Source of the DNA: Octopus sinensis | Taxonomy: Eukaryota | NCBI RefSeq assembly: GCF_006345805.1 | Contig: NC_043008.1 | Span: 57,040,001 to 57,104,000 of the forward strand | Reading direction: 5' to 3' | Length of the DNA: 64,000 nt | Shown: piece after piece, positions 52,222 to 64,000 of the stretch | Position numbering within the stretch: the first letter of the stretch is position 1 | How the letters are laid out: each line of letters begins with the position of its first letter | Position numbers and translations under genes: made by a program | Notes under the pieces: model-generated | Database searches by the model: none | Seen by the model: the letters and a program-made list of their open reading frames with translations, nothing else | What the model was told of the DNA's origin: nothing

Positions 52222-52650
52222 CAGGTATGGCTATATCTTTGAGAAGCTTCGCTTCTAACCATGTGCTTCTTCTCGGTTCAATCCCACTGCGTGGTACCTT
52301 GGGCAAATGCCTTCTGCTATAAGACCCTCGCCGACCGAAGCCTTGTGAGTGGATTTGGTAGACGGAAACAGGAAAGAGCCCGTCATATATATATAAATTT
52401 ACATGCAATCGAAGAGTTTCTTACAGTTTACATGTACTTTAGTACATGGAAACCGTAAGAAGCTCTTCGATTCTATGTGCGTCTGTCCGATTGTATGTGG
52501 TTTGTGCTTGTCATTCACCACACCATGACAACCGTGACGTAGCGGTTCGACATATCGGTCGAGAAATTAAGCACAAAGTTTAAGAAATAATTACTGGAGT
52601 CGATTTGTTCGACTAAATCACTTCAAGGCGATGCCCCAGCATGGTGGTCG
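52222..52650 (+). mobile_element. SINE family B
   Basis: Head ...cttgggcaaatgccttctgctata...gtggatttggtagacggaaac and tail gatgccccagcatgg. Confidence 0.75.
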
Positions 52651-54290
52651 TCTAACAATATAATTCCAGGTGGAGGTTTAGTGAAGCTACAACTGCAGGT
52701 CATGCCGAACAAAATGCTTTCCGTTATTTGTTCGAACTCTCGGAGTTCAAATTCAGCTGAGGACTCTTTTCCCTTGCAACAATCTGGACTCGATGAAAAG
52801 CTACCGATCCGAGACGATGGCTTGTCGGAACTTTCAGAACCTTGCACCGGGTTCTTAGTGGCTCAGGCTCCGGCTCTCTCTACTCCGATTTCAAATCTTG
52901 CCAGGGTTAATTTGCGAGGCAGTCTTAAATCTGACACAACATATTATCTCACATCCCGACAATATGGACAACTTGAGCTGCGTTCCTTCTATTGCAAGCA
53001 TTCAGATCAGGTCTACAGCATAAGGATACATCCTTTTCACAGTCTCAAATTGCAGTGATCCTCAAATACCAAGCAGTGGAGCGGTAGAGAGCCGTGAAAC
53101 ATTTGGCACAGGTCTGCTCGCGAATGTTTTTTCCCACGAGAGATCCGGATCCCAGTTATGAACTCACTTGCACACAGCCAATCAGAGTTCAACTATCAAA
53201 CTAATTCATGAGCGCATAACAGATGATGGGCAATAAAATAAGATTACTTTTAAGAATGCTTGTTGATCTTGTTCTTGTTTCAACCATGGCTGCTTCTGCG
53301 TAGTTATTTGTGTTGTTTTTTACTTTGTAAAGCAGTAGAGGGAGAGAGGTGCTAGCACATCACTCCCTACCAACATTTCCCATCCGTATGGGGCCCTAAT
53401 AAAATCCGATAATAGGTATAGATCCAAATCTGTCTAATCACTTGTCTCCTAAAATCAGGCATAACTTGGTAGAGTGGGTTTGTCAACTTTACAACAAAGT
53501 CAAAGGGAGCTCTGATTGGCTGTACGCAAACGAGTTCATTACTAAGGTCCAGAACTCTCGTTGGAAAAAATAAATTCGCGACCTGCTCAGATCGATTGGC
53601 ACCAGACCACATTTCTATGTTATTCGCGTGACATTCCGGCGCATGGGAAAAGCGTTTTGCATTACACCAGTGACTAGTGCATAGATTTACGGAGACGGGT
53701 GCTACAAATGGGCATGGACAGCAACTTACTTCGTGACTAGAGTAAGATACAAGTAAACAAACATAGTTAAGCAGGTGCAAATTGTACATGGGTTAAATAG
53801 CGTTTCTTCTGCCCCAGTACATACTCCACACAGTAAATATGAACTTTGGAGGAAAAATTTAAGAATGTCAACCTAATGGTTTGCATATTCAATAAATTTT
53901 TATTAATTACTCTTCTGAGGCTGGTTGTCATGGATTTCTCCGGAAGATTTATTAGTCTTATATTTTAATTATCGGTGAAATTTCACCGAATAATTACAAT
54001 ATCTATTCTCAGTAGATTAAATAAATCAGCGCCAACCACAAGACGTACAAAGTTGTACAAAGCTTCCTATTGACTAGACCGCACCACGCATACAAAACAC
54101 ATGCACATCTAACTATCTATCTGTTTGTCTGTCCGTCTATCTATCTGTTTATCTATCTATCTATTTATCTCTCTCTCTCTCTCTCTCTGTATTTATATAT
54201 ATATACAAACATATATATACACATATTTACATATATATACAAATATATATATAAACACATGCATACATGTATACATATATATATATACAT

Positions 54291-54350
<60 letters not shown>

Positions 54351-54477
54351 ATAGGCAGGCAGACAGACAGACAGACAGGCAAGCAGGCAGGCAGGCAGGC
54401 AGCAGGCAGGCAGGCAGGCAGACAGACAGATAGATAGACAGATAGATAGACAGATAGAGAGAGAGAGAGAGATAGAA

Positions 54478-54511
<34 letters not shown>

Positions 54512-55407
54512 AGAAACCTGTATCATGTATATGTTTGTACGCTTGTGTTATTGGTTAGTTATTTTAACAATCACCTCGAAAGAAAAGACCGGCTAGAGAA
54601 AAGAGACTTATCGTATATTAAGTTTGATAAAAGATGGACGACAGTCGTAAGAAAATTGCGAGTGAATGGAAATGGCTAACTGTAGCTATCCAACGATAGA
54701 AGGGGAAACGTCCGATAACGGCGGTGGGTTAATTAACCCTGTAATGTATAAGAATTTTTATTTTTATCGATTTCAGTAAAATTTTTTTTTAATTTCATCC
54801 GATTTCATTATATTTGTCATTTTCATTGTAATCACAATGTGTATATTCGCTTGTCTGTCCTTGTAATATCCACCCTCCTTGTTAGCCAATAAATAGTCCT
54901 TGTAATAAAAGTCCTCGTAATATCACCTTCCTGTGTGGCCAATAAAAGAAATTGTGTTATTGCGTGTGAAAGTAGTATTTATTGCAATGGTCAACTTGTA
55001 AACGAAGGAAAGGTGACTTTTAGAAATCAAATATTTAAATAACTACAAATTAACAAACTAGCTGCTTGCATAAACGATTGATTATTTAGTTTGTAAATTA
55101 AGTAATTAGTTAACTGTTCATGCTAAACCACAGGAGTGAAATACATCCAATTTATCCGTCATTGACAAAGATTTTCGCACTCCTTAATTACAAGAACATT
55201 GTCGCAGCAAGCGTATTGCAAGACACAGGCAAAATCTATATCTCTCTGTATGTAGGTGTGTATATATATATACCTGTTTATTTGTGCATATGTGCTTGTG
55301 TGAATGTGTGAATGTGTGTGTACGTAACACACAACATACAATGCATAATATGGCTTCCGTAATTAATTTTCACACGTTACATTATGTATAAAATATATAT
55401 ATATATA

Positions 55408-55453
<46 letters not shown>

Positions 55454-56128
55454 TGTGTGTGTGTGGTGTTGTACATAATAGATATAACTAATATATAATA
55501 CGCGTATGTATATGTGTATATATATACAGTGTATACGTATATATTAAACGCACACTCATGTATATAAATATATGTATATATACATACGTATGTATTTATA
55601 TATATAATATATATGCGTGTGTGTGTTTGTGTATCTGTGTTTGTCCCCAGCTCATGCTTGACAACCATGCTAGTGTGTTAATGTCCCCGTTACTTCGCAG
55701 TTCGACAAAGAGACCGATACAATAAATACTACTGGGCTAACAAAAGAATAAGTCCCGGGTCGAGTTGCTCCATTAAAGGCGGTGCTCCAGCATGGCCGCA
55801 GTCAAATGACTGAAACAAGTAAAGAGTAAAAGAGTAAAGTTATATATATATAATATATAATATATATATATATATATATATGAATAGATGAACGGCAAAG
55901 TCGACCTAGGCTGAGTTTCACGTGTAGAACGATTCATATAACACCTATAATACAATATACATACATACGGATGCCTCACACACTCTATCAGTCAGTCCAG
56001 TGACCTTGTTCATATATGTATGAGTATGAATGTGCATATATATATTAGATATATTTATATATACACACCAACCACATACACAGGCGCGCATGCACGCACA
56101 CACATGTACAAACACACGCACATATACA

Positions 56129-56159
<31 letters not shown>

Positions 56160-56201
56160 CACACACACACACACACACACAATCCACACACACCCACACA
56201 C

Positions 56202-56246
<45 letters not shown>

Positions 56247-56738
56247 TTATAATATCTTCTCTGCCTTATCTTGACATATAATTTATTCTAGCCTCCTTTA
56301 TCTCTTCCTCTTACCATACCACGTTATTATTTTGATATGCAATGTCTTAGCGATAATTCTTTCCTGACTCATTTCCTAAGGTTTCAGTACCGTAATGATT
56401 CCGTGCTGCCAAAATAGCCTACCAATTCTATAGATTATTGTTATACATATCTTTTCCCCTCCTGTTGTTTTGCTTTCACCTTATATCTTTTTACGAATGG
56501 CATGGGGATGGTGATGAATAGTCCCTAAACTAGTAATGTTTAAAGAAGAACAAAATCTAATGGTATAATATCTGAATGACATCAAATGAAAAAAAATGAA
56601 AAGAGGTTTTCTTATCTTCTAATTCCCGTTGCCACATCCACAGAACTATAATTTATTTTGTTTGTGGTGTCAGTAAAGAGAGAAGTCACCAACTTCTCTT
56701 ATCATTATTCTTCTTATTATTATTGCAGTGGCAGGGCC

Positions 56739-56838
56739 NNNNNNNNNNNNNNNNNNNNNNNNNNNNNNNNNNNNNNNNNNNNNNNNNNNNNNNNNNNNNN
56801 NNNNNNNNNNNNNNNNNNNNNNNNNNNNNNNNNNNNNN
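56739..56838. other. assembly gap (100 N)
   Basis: Run of 100 n characters. Confidence 1.
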
Positions 56839-57080
56839 ATGTATGTATGTATGTATGTATGTATGTATGCATGCATGCACGTATGTATGTATGTATGTAT
56901 GTATGTACGTATGTATGTATGTATGTATGCATGCATGTATGTATGTATGTATGTATGTACGTATGTATGTATGGTATGTATGTACGTATGTATGTATGTA
57001 TGCATGCATGCACGTATGTATGTATGCATGCATGCACGTATGTATGTATGTATGTATGTATGCATGTATGTATGTATGTG
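56839..57080. repeat. (TATG)n/(CATG) microsatellite adjacent to the gap
   Basis: Read directly. Confidence 0.95.
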
Positions 57081-57423
57081 AAAAGGCGCATATCTAGCAT
57101 GTGTGCATGCACGTATATGTGCATGCATGTGTATTTATGTGCGATTTCTTTTGTGTGCGTGTCTTCCATGTATACTTGTGCTTGCATGCGCATGCGCATA
57201 TATGAACCTATATATGTATGTATATGTGTGTGTATTTATGTATTTATGTAATCGTACGTCTTTAACGTATGTTTGTTTACGTGCGTATATATGCACATAT
57301 TTAAATATGTGTGTATTTTTCACTCCGTTGTGTTTATATGTGTGTGTGTATATATATATATATTATATATATATCATGTATGCATTTATGTATGTTTATA
57401 CATATGTATTTATGTATATATAT

Positions 57424-57474
<51 letters not shown>

Positions 57475-58352
57475 TATGCATGTATGTATTTATGTATATT
57501 ATATAGCGTATGTATATATATATACGTATTTATGTATGTGTGTGGTGTGTATTTATGTATGTATATACATGCATTTATGCATGTGTGTATTTATTGCTGT
57601 ATGTATATGTGCCTATATATCATTAAGTAACAAGAAAATATAATATAAGTATTAATTTACAATATTTTTTAATATTTGATGGAAAATAGTCATAGTGATT
57701 AAAACTAAATACTTACGAAATATCCAACTTTTCACTCGCGTGTTCATATTCCCTTCAGCTATTACCAGATTTTATTAGGAACGATATTAACTTTTAAGAT
57801 TTCTTTCATTGTTATATTACTACTACCAGCTATATACTTCTTTAATTAAATCTGTTTCTCAGCTTAGGCGCATCTTAACTTAATCTCAATGGCTACGTTT
57901 AAATAAAGATAGAATTACACCATCATTCGTTATTAATTTTTCTTCATTTTCTGATTGAATGAAGAAATGAATTATTTTGCAGAATTCTCTTGTACGACAA
58001 TTCTGTTTTATTGTTATTATATGTGTATTTCAATTAAAACTTTTTAAATAAAATATATTGTATGAAAGATTTAGATATATGTATTATAACTATATTTCAC
58101 TCTTTTGTAATCAGGTGTGTGACAATATTTTCATCTCCTTGTCATGATATGAAAAATAAAAAATAAATTGCTTTAGATTATGTCGATGTAATAACGTGTT
58201 TATTTTAAATGATTGCTTGATGGAATTCAGGGCACTGCAAGTTATAAGAGTGCAAAATCGTGAATTTAGGAAAAAAAAAAAAAGGGATGTCGTTGAATTT
58301 TACGACTATTATTATGTTGTAGTTATTGCTTCTGCTATCGATGAAGGAGAAA

Positions 58353-58947
58353 TATATTCTTTTCTACTCTAGGCACAATGACCGAAATTTGTGGGGGAGG
58401 GAACTAGTAAATTAGATCGACCTCAGTACGCAACTGGTACTTCATTTATTGACCCCTAAAGGATGAAAGGCAAAGGAATTTGAACTCAGTCGAAATACCG
58501 CTAAGCATGGCGACCGGCGTGCTAACGTTTCTGCCAGCTCGCCGCCTTAAATATTCTTTTCTACTCTAGGCACAATGCTGGAAATTGTGGAGAGGGTCCA
58601 TTCGATTAGATCGACCCCAATACGCTACTGGTACTTAATTTATCGACCCCTAAAGAATGAAAGGCAAAGTCGACCTCGGCAGAATTTGAACTTAGAACTT
58701 AACGGCAGACGAAATACCTATTTGTTTACTACCCACAAGGGGCTAAACACAGAGAGGACAAACAAGGACAGACAAACGGATTAAGTCGATTACATCGACC
58801 CCAGTGCGTAACTGGTACTTAGTTTATCGACGCCGAAAGGACGAAAGGTAAAGTCGACCTCGGTGGAATTTGAAATCAGAACGTAACGGCAGACGAACTA
58901 CCACTAAGTATTTCGCCCGGCGTGCTAACGTTTCTGCCAGCTCTCCG
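58353..58947 (-). mobile_element. SINE family A tandem array (left arm of the inverted duplication)
   Basis: Two heads and three units in reverse orientation. Confidence 0.85.
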
Positions 58948-59117
58948 CCTTATTGTGGTGAAAGAGTACAGCGGGGTTCACCCCCACCACCGGAGCCTCG
59001 TGGAACTTAGGTGTTTTTGCTCAATAAACACTCACAGTGCCCAGTCTGGGAATTGAAACCGCGAATCCGCTGCCCTAACCACTGTGCCATTGTGTCTCCA
59101 CAGATGCTGCTCCTGCT

Positions 59118-59133
59118 GATGACGATGATGACA

Positions 59134-59173
<40 letters not shown>

Positions 59174-59340
59174 CGACGACTACGATGACGTTGTCGACGA
59201 TAATGATGATGACGATGATCAGGAGGAGGGGGAAGAGGATAATGAAGGTGGGGAGACGACCACAACGACGGCCAGGGGCAATGACGATGACGAAGACGAC
59301 GACGACTATGATGATGATGACGATGATGACCCCGATCATG
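59118..59340. repeat. (GAT)n/(GAC)n microsatellite
   Basis: Read directly. Confidence 0.9.
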
Positions 59341-59619
59341 ATCCTGGCCATGTCGCTTCTGTGGTTGTTTGAACCCAACTCATAATATAATTCGTAGACT
59401 AATGAGGAGTTCTATTGTCAAACACTAATTATGACGCATCACACTCTTTGGAAACCTCATATTTATCATATTTTGGTCTGCATTCAAAAATGTATCCACT
59501 TTTAATAGGACAGAACCTAAAATACTGGGGGATTTAGTTGCTCTTTCTACCGGTTCATCTGGTCATAAATAGGTTTGATCGTCGACCAGTATAATTATTT
59601 GGTCTTCTTTTATCCCTTC

Positions 59620-61195
59620 CTTATTTCAGTCGTTAGACTGCGGCCATGCTGGGGCACCACCATGACGAATGTGTAGTCAGATGAATAGACTGCAGTACTT
59701 ACTCTGCCGCTCGCTATCGCCGGACTGTTAAGTTACGGGGATGTAAACACATGAACACTGGTTCGTTCTCAATACAAACAAATACAAACAAAAAAGACGC
59801 ACACGCGTATACACATGCACACATGCACGGTGGTGGGGGTGAACCCCGCTGTACTCTTTCACCACAATAAGGCGGAGAGCTGGCAGAACCGTTAGCACGC
59901 CGGGCGAAATGCTTAGTGGTAGTTCGTCTGCCGTTACGTTCTGAGTTCAAATTCCGCCGAGGTCGACTGTACCTTTCATCCTTTCGGGGTCGATAAATTA
60001 AGTACCAGTTACGCACTGGGGTCGATGGATGTAATCGACTTAATCCGTTTGTCTGTCCTTTTTGTCCCCTCTATGTTTAGCCACTTGTGGGCAATAAAGA
60101 AATAAGAAACGTTAGCACGCCGGGCGCATTGCTTAGCGGTATTTTATCTGCGTTACGTTGTGAGTTCAAATTCCGCCGAGGTCGACTTTGCCTTTCATCC
60201 TTTCGGAGTCGATAAATTAAGTACCAGTTACTCACTGGGGTCGATGTAATCGACTTAATGCCTATGTCTGTCCTTGTTTGTCCGCTCTGTGTTTAGCCCC
60301 TTGTGGGTAATAAAGAAATAGGTATTTTATCTGAGTTCAAATTCCTCCGAGGTTGACTTTGCCTTTCATCCTTTCGGGGTCAATAAATTAAGTACCAGTT
60401 GCGTACTGGAGTCGATCAAATCAACTAGCTCCCTCCCCCAAAATTGCGGTCCTTGTGCCTTGAGTATAAAATAATATATTTCTCCTTCATCGATAGCAGA
60501 AAGAATAACTTCGACATAATAATAGTCGGAGAATTCAATGACTTCACTTTTTTTTCTGAATTCACGATTTTGCACTCTTATAACTTGCAGTGCCCTGAAT
60601 TCCATCAAGCAATCATTTAAAATAAACACGTTATTACATCGACATAATCTAAAGCAATTTATTTTTTATTTTTCATATCATGACAAGGAGATGAAAATAT
60701 TGTCACACACCTGATTACAAAAGAGTGAAATATAGTTATAATACATATATCTAAATCTTTCATACAATATATTTTATTTAAAAAGTTTTAATTGAAATAC
60801 AAATATAATAACAATAAAACAGAATTGTCGTACAAGAGGATTCTGCAAAATAATTCATTTCTTCATTCAATCAGAAAATGAAAAAAAATTTATACATATA
60901 TATATATATAATATATATATATATAATATATATATATATATATCTATATATATATATATATATATTATATACATTCATATATATATATTATATACATACG
61001 CATATATATATATATATATATATAATATATATATGTGTGTAAACATACATGCCATGTGCTTCTTTTAGTTTGCGTCTACCACTCACAAGGATTTGGTCGG
61101 CCCGGCGCCGTACCCAAGGTGCCACGCAGTGGTATTGAACCCGGAACCATGTGGTTGGGAAGCAAGCTTCTGACCACACAGCGACGCCTGCCACT
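59620..61195 (-). mobile_element. SINE family B split by the inverted-duplication insert (head 61040-61195, tail 59620-59827)
   Basis: The head and tail halves lie in the same (minus) orientation on either side of 59828-60890. Confidence 0.7.
59873..60470 (+). mobile_element. SINE family A tandem array (right arm of the inverted duplication)
   Basis: Head plus three units. It shares the diagnostic tagtggtagttcgtc variant with the left arm. Confidence 0.85.
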
Positions 61196-62957
61196 GTGTA
61201 TATTTTGAATATTTAACAAGAATATACGAAACAAATTGGCATCATCAGTCACACTTATAATCAAAGACATTCCAACCGTGGCCAGCCCATCTTTTTCTTT
61301 GTGACAGTACACCTACAACTCCATTGTCCAATATATTCTTCATTAACTTTCGTTCTTGTTAATAATTGTTAAAACCCGGATCACCTTTGATTAAGAACTC
61401 TATCATAAAACGTGCTCCAACTGCAATCACCGTTTTGTTTAACTTGTTTAGTTTCGCTTTTTGTTTGTTTTTGTTTTGTTTTTATTTTCGTGGGTGGGAG
61501 ATGGTTTCCAAGCAACCCGAATTTATTATTTAATCTGTTCTTTCTTTTCTTCTAACATGTTAGTGCGTATAATGGATCCATTGTAAAAGAAGAACGATTC
61601 AATGTTTAAAGAAAAAAATAAGTAATATTTAACTTTTAAAAGCAGAAGCACATGTAACGATTAAAAAGGAAGAAAGAGGAGGAGGTAGAAGAAGAAGAAG
61701 AAAAAGGAGGAGGAAGAGATGAAATATTTACTGTCTAAAGGAAGAAAAAGAAATACTTATTCTTTAAGAAATAATGCATCTTATTGGAAAATAGATTTTA
61801 TTAAATTGCAAAAAAAGGCGTTGAACATTATTCGACCGAATGTTTTAGTGTCATTTTAAAGTATTTGCAAATATTGATACTATATCTGAAGTTGAGGATA
61901 GAGATTTTAACATAGGAACGGAGCAAAAACTCTAAGATGAAAAATTTAGGCGATATATTCGACATAAGTGCGCTTGACTGGTACTTACTTTATCAATCCC
62001 AGTTGATGAAATTTAAAGTAGAACTAAAGAAGGATTTAAAAGCAGAACACCAAGTTGTAACTGAATATAGATATTTTAAAACATATGTGTGCCCGTGTGC
62101 ATTTACGGTCTGTCTTTCTCTCGACTCCAAAACTGCTAACGGTCTATGAAAAACAAATAATAAAGCATGTTGCACCAATTTCCTCCAGGAAGTATGTGTT
62201 TTCTCATCTTTAATGAAATATCTCACTTGAGAAAATGATATATAATTAATGTGATGGATTATATAATGTTGAGGATTTCTAAAAAGAGCGAAATAGTGCT
62301 ATACATGATACCAGCAACTAGAAACTGCATGAACTTAGTAATAAGTAAACAACAAATAAAATTAAATAAGCTAATTTTCTGCATGTTTTTAACGTAATAC
62401 TTTAATATCAGATTAAAATTTCTAATCCTACTTTACATTTTGAGGCGACGCTTTTCTCGCTTGTAACGACTGCCATCACTATGGAAACAATGTGTATATG
62501 TAAAACGTTTTAAGAACAATTTATTTATAGAGTCACAATATTGTTTTAAAAAATTTGTTAAATCAAAAAATTATTATTCTGATGTATCTAGGGGAGTTAT
62601 TATGCGTATAATAAGCACATACAAGTTGTATTCCGCTTATTTCATTTTTGTTATAAAAGGTTTAAGCATTTAACAATTAACTAATCGATTGTTGGCTATT
62701 CGTTCGGTCAACCAATCAGCTACGTTTGTCTATATTCTTTCGTCGCCATTCACATCTAGACTCGAATGAGTCTTAGATAAGACAGTGCGTGTTTTTAATG
62801 AGCTCGCGAGTGGCTACGAGAGGACTTTCATAAACCGAGCTAACTGACCGATTGATTTAATGAGTAGCCCAACAATTCATTAGTTAATTGATTTATAGTT
62901 AGTAAATTGACAGATAAAAATTGAGATGAAGTAGGACTAGTGCTATATGTATATATA

Positions 62958-63112
62958 TACGACGGGATTTTTCAGTTTCCGTCTACCAAATCCATTCACA
63001 AGACTTTGGTCGGCCCGAGGCTATAGTAGAAGACATTTGCCCAAGGTGCCACGCAATGGGACTGAACCCGGAACTCTGTGGTTGGTAAGCAAACTACTTA
63101 CTACACAGCCAT
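62958..63112 (-). mobile_element. SINE family B head half
   Basis: Reverse complement of the family B head. Similar halves lie at 51305-51455 (-) and 26990-27165 (+). Confidence 0.8.
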
Positions 63113-64000
63113 ATTATATGAGGCTAGCTTTTGCAACATCCGTCTAGAAAATTCTACTCTCGAAATATTATTCACTCCGAGATAGCAGAAGACACTTGTT
63201 TAATGTGCCACGAACCCAGTGCAATGTGGTTGAGGAGAGCATAGCTAAACCATAGATACATACTTAGTGAAAATTTATGAATTGCTTATAAATTTATTCC
63301 TTGACTGGCTCCATTTGATTACTGCATTTAGCTTGAACCAATAGGTTACACATTCACTCATAAGTGAATTAAACACTTGATCATAACCGCCGTAAGAGGT
63401 GCTCTAGCTGCAGCTAATCTCTTAGTCTTTGATCATTTCGTCCTTTTATTGCACTCCATTGTACCTTATATATAGAACAAAGTATTGTATGTATCCATTC
63501 CCGCCAAATAAAAACAAAACTGAAAAAATCGATAGTCTGAAAACCACATGCTTGTAATTCACGTATAAGAACCAAGTCTTTGATCTGAAATAAGTTTTAC
63601 AAGAAATCTTATTCTAGACATTGTATTTGTTTGTTTGTTGCACAATGTCCAAAAGACAGGGAAATAGTTGTTATTTATAATCAGGTTCAGTGGGCTTCTC
63701 CAAGAACACATTTTTCTTTCGCTTTAACGCTACAAGATAGACACGAACAAACACGCACACGCACGCACACATAAACACGCACGAACGTACACCAACGCAC
63801 ACACATACACATACACATACACACACGCACACACATACAAGCACGCACGGACACAAACACAGGTGCACACGTCACTCCAATCGTTTTCTTACTGGTTTAT
63901 AGGAGTTTCACGCTTGAATTCCTCCCATCTAAGTGTTACCGTTTGAAATTCTTCCATGCATAAATAACGAGATAATCTCTTGGTTTTGTATTTGATTTGC

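Larger units (their letters stand above)
57935..60890. repeat. ~1.06-kb inverted duplication with an ~835-bp spacer
   Basis: 57935-58992 is the reverse complement of 59828-60890, including non-SINE AT-rich sequence. Confidence 0.9.

Noticed and set aside
52681-53789. 125-aa (+) and 140-aa (-) ORFs
   Set aside because: The first starts in SINE-derived sequence, and neither shows a recognisable domain.
55780-55825. SINE B tail AGTC-aaat-GACT-GAAAC-AA-GTA resembling a hammerhead 3' half
   Set aside because: There is no CUGANGA-like core or stem I upstream. It is better explained as the LINE-derived 3' stem-loop.
56658-57251. Long ORFs spanning the N run
   Set aside because: They are artefacts of the gap plus the (TATG)n repeat.
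4578-57643. Dozens of ORFs reading YIYI, CVCV, HTHT, MYVC or LSIY
   Set aside because: They are translations of (TA)n, (TG)n, (TATG)n and (GATA)n microsatellites.

Overview
AT-rich, microsatellite-dense eukaryotic DNA with no intact host protein-coding gene that I can recognise. The SINE families and the (TA)n, (GATA)n, (TATG)n and (AAT)n load resemble an octopus-type cephalopod genome (inference). The window is a layered mosaic of decayed mobile elements: a Penelope-like RT remnant interrupted by a CR1-group LINE 3' end, four Tc1/mariner remnants, a pogo-type MITE, three Helitron-like elements, an R4/Dong-like 3' end in (TAA)n, many tRNA-derived SINEs, a probable LRR pseudogene and a 100-N gap. 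Nearly all ORFs in the supplied track are microsatellite artefacts. The most notable signal is about 13 type I hammerhead-ribozyme (HHR)-like motifs in several architectures. These are (i) a 186-bp-arm palindrome carrying a near-canonical HHR on each strand (43778-44164), (ii) a head-to-tail dimer of ~349-bp units with one HHR each, resembling a retrozyme (40497-41150), (iii) a second tandem pair, 159 bp apart, with a compensatory stem II change (47782-47981), and (iv) a dispersed ~200-bp family with a recurrent variant core, CUGUNGA+A. The window also has many long inverted repeats, including a ~1.06-kb inverted duplication (57935-60890). All structures were derived by eye; no folding or database search was run.
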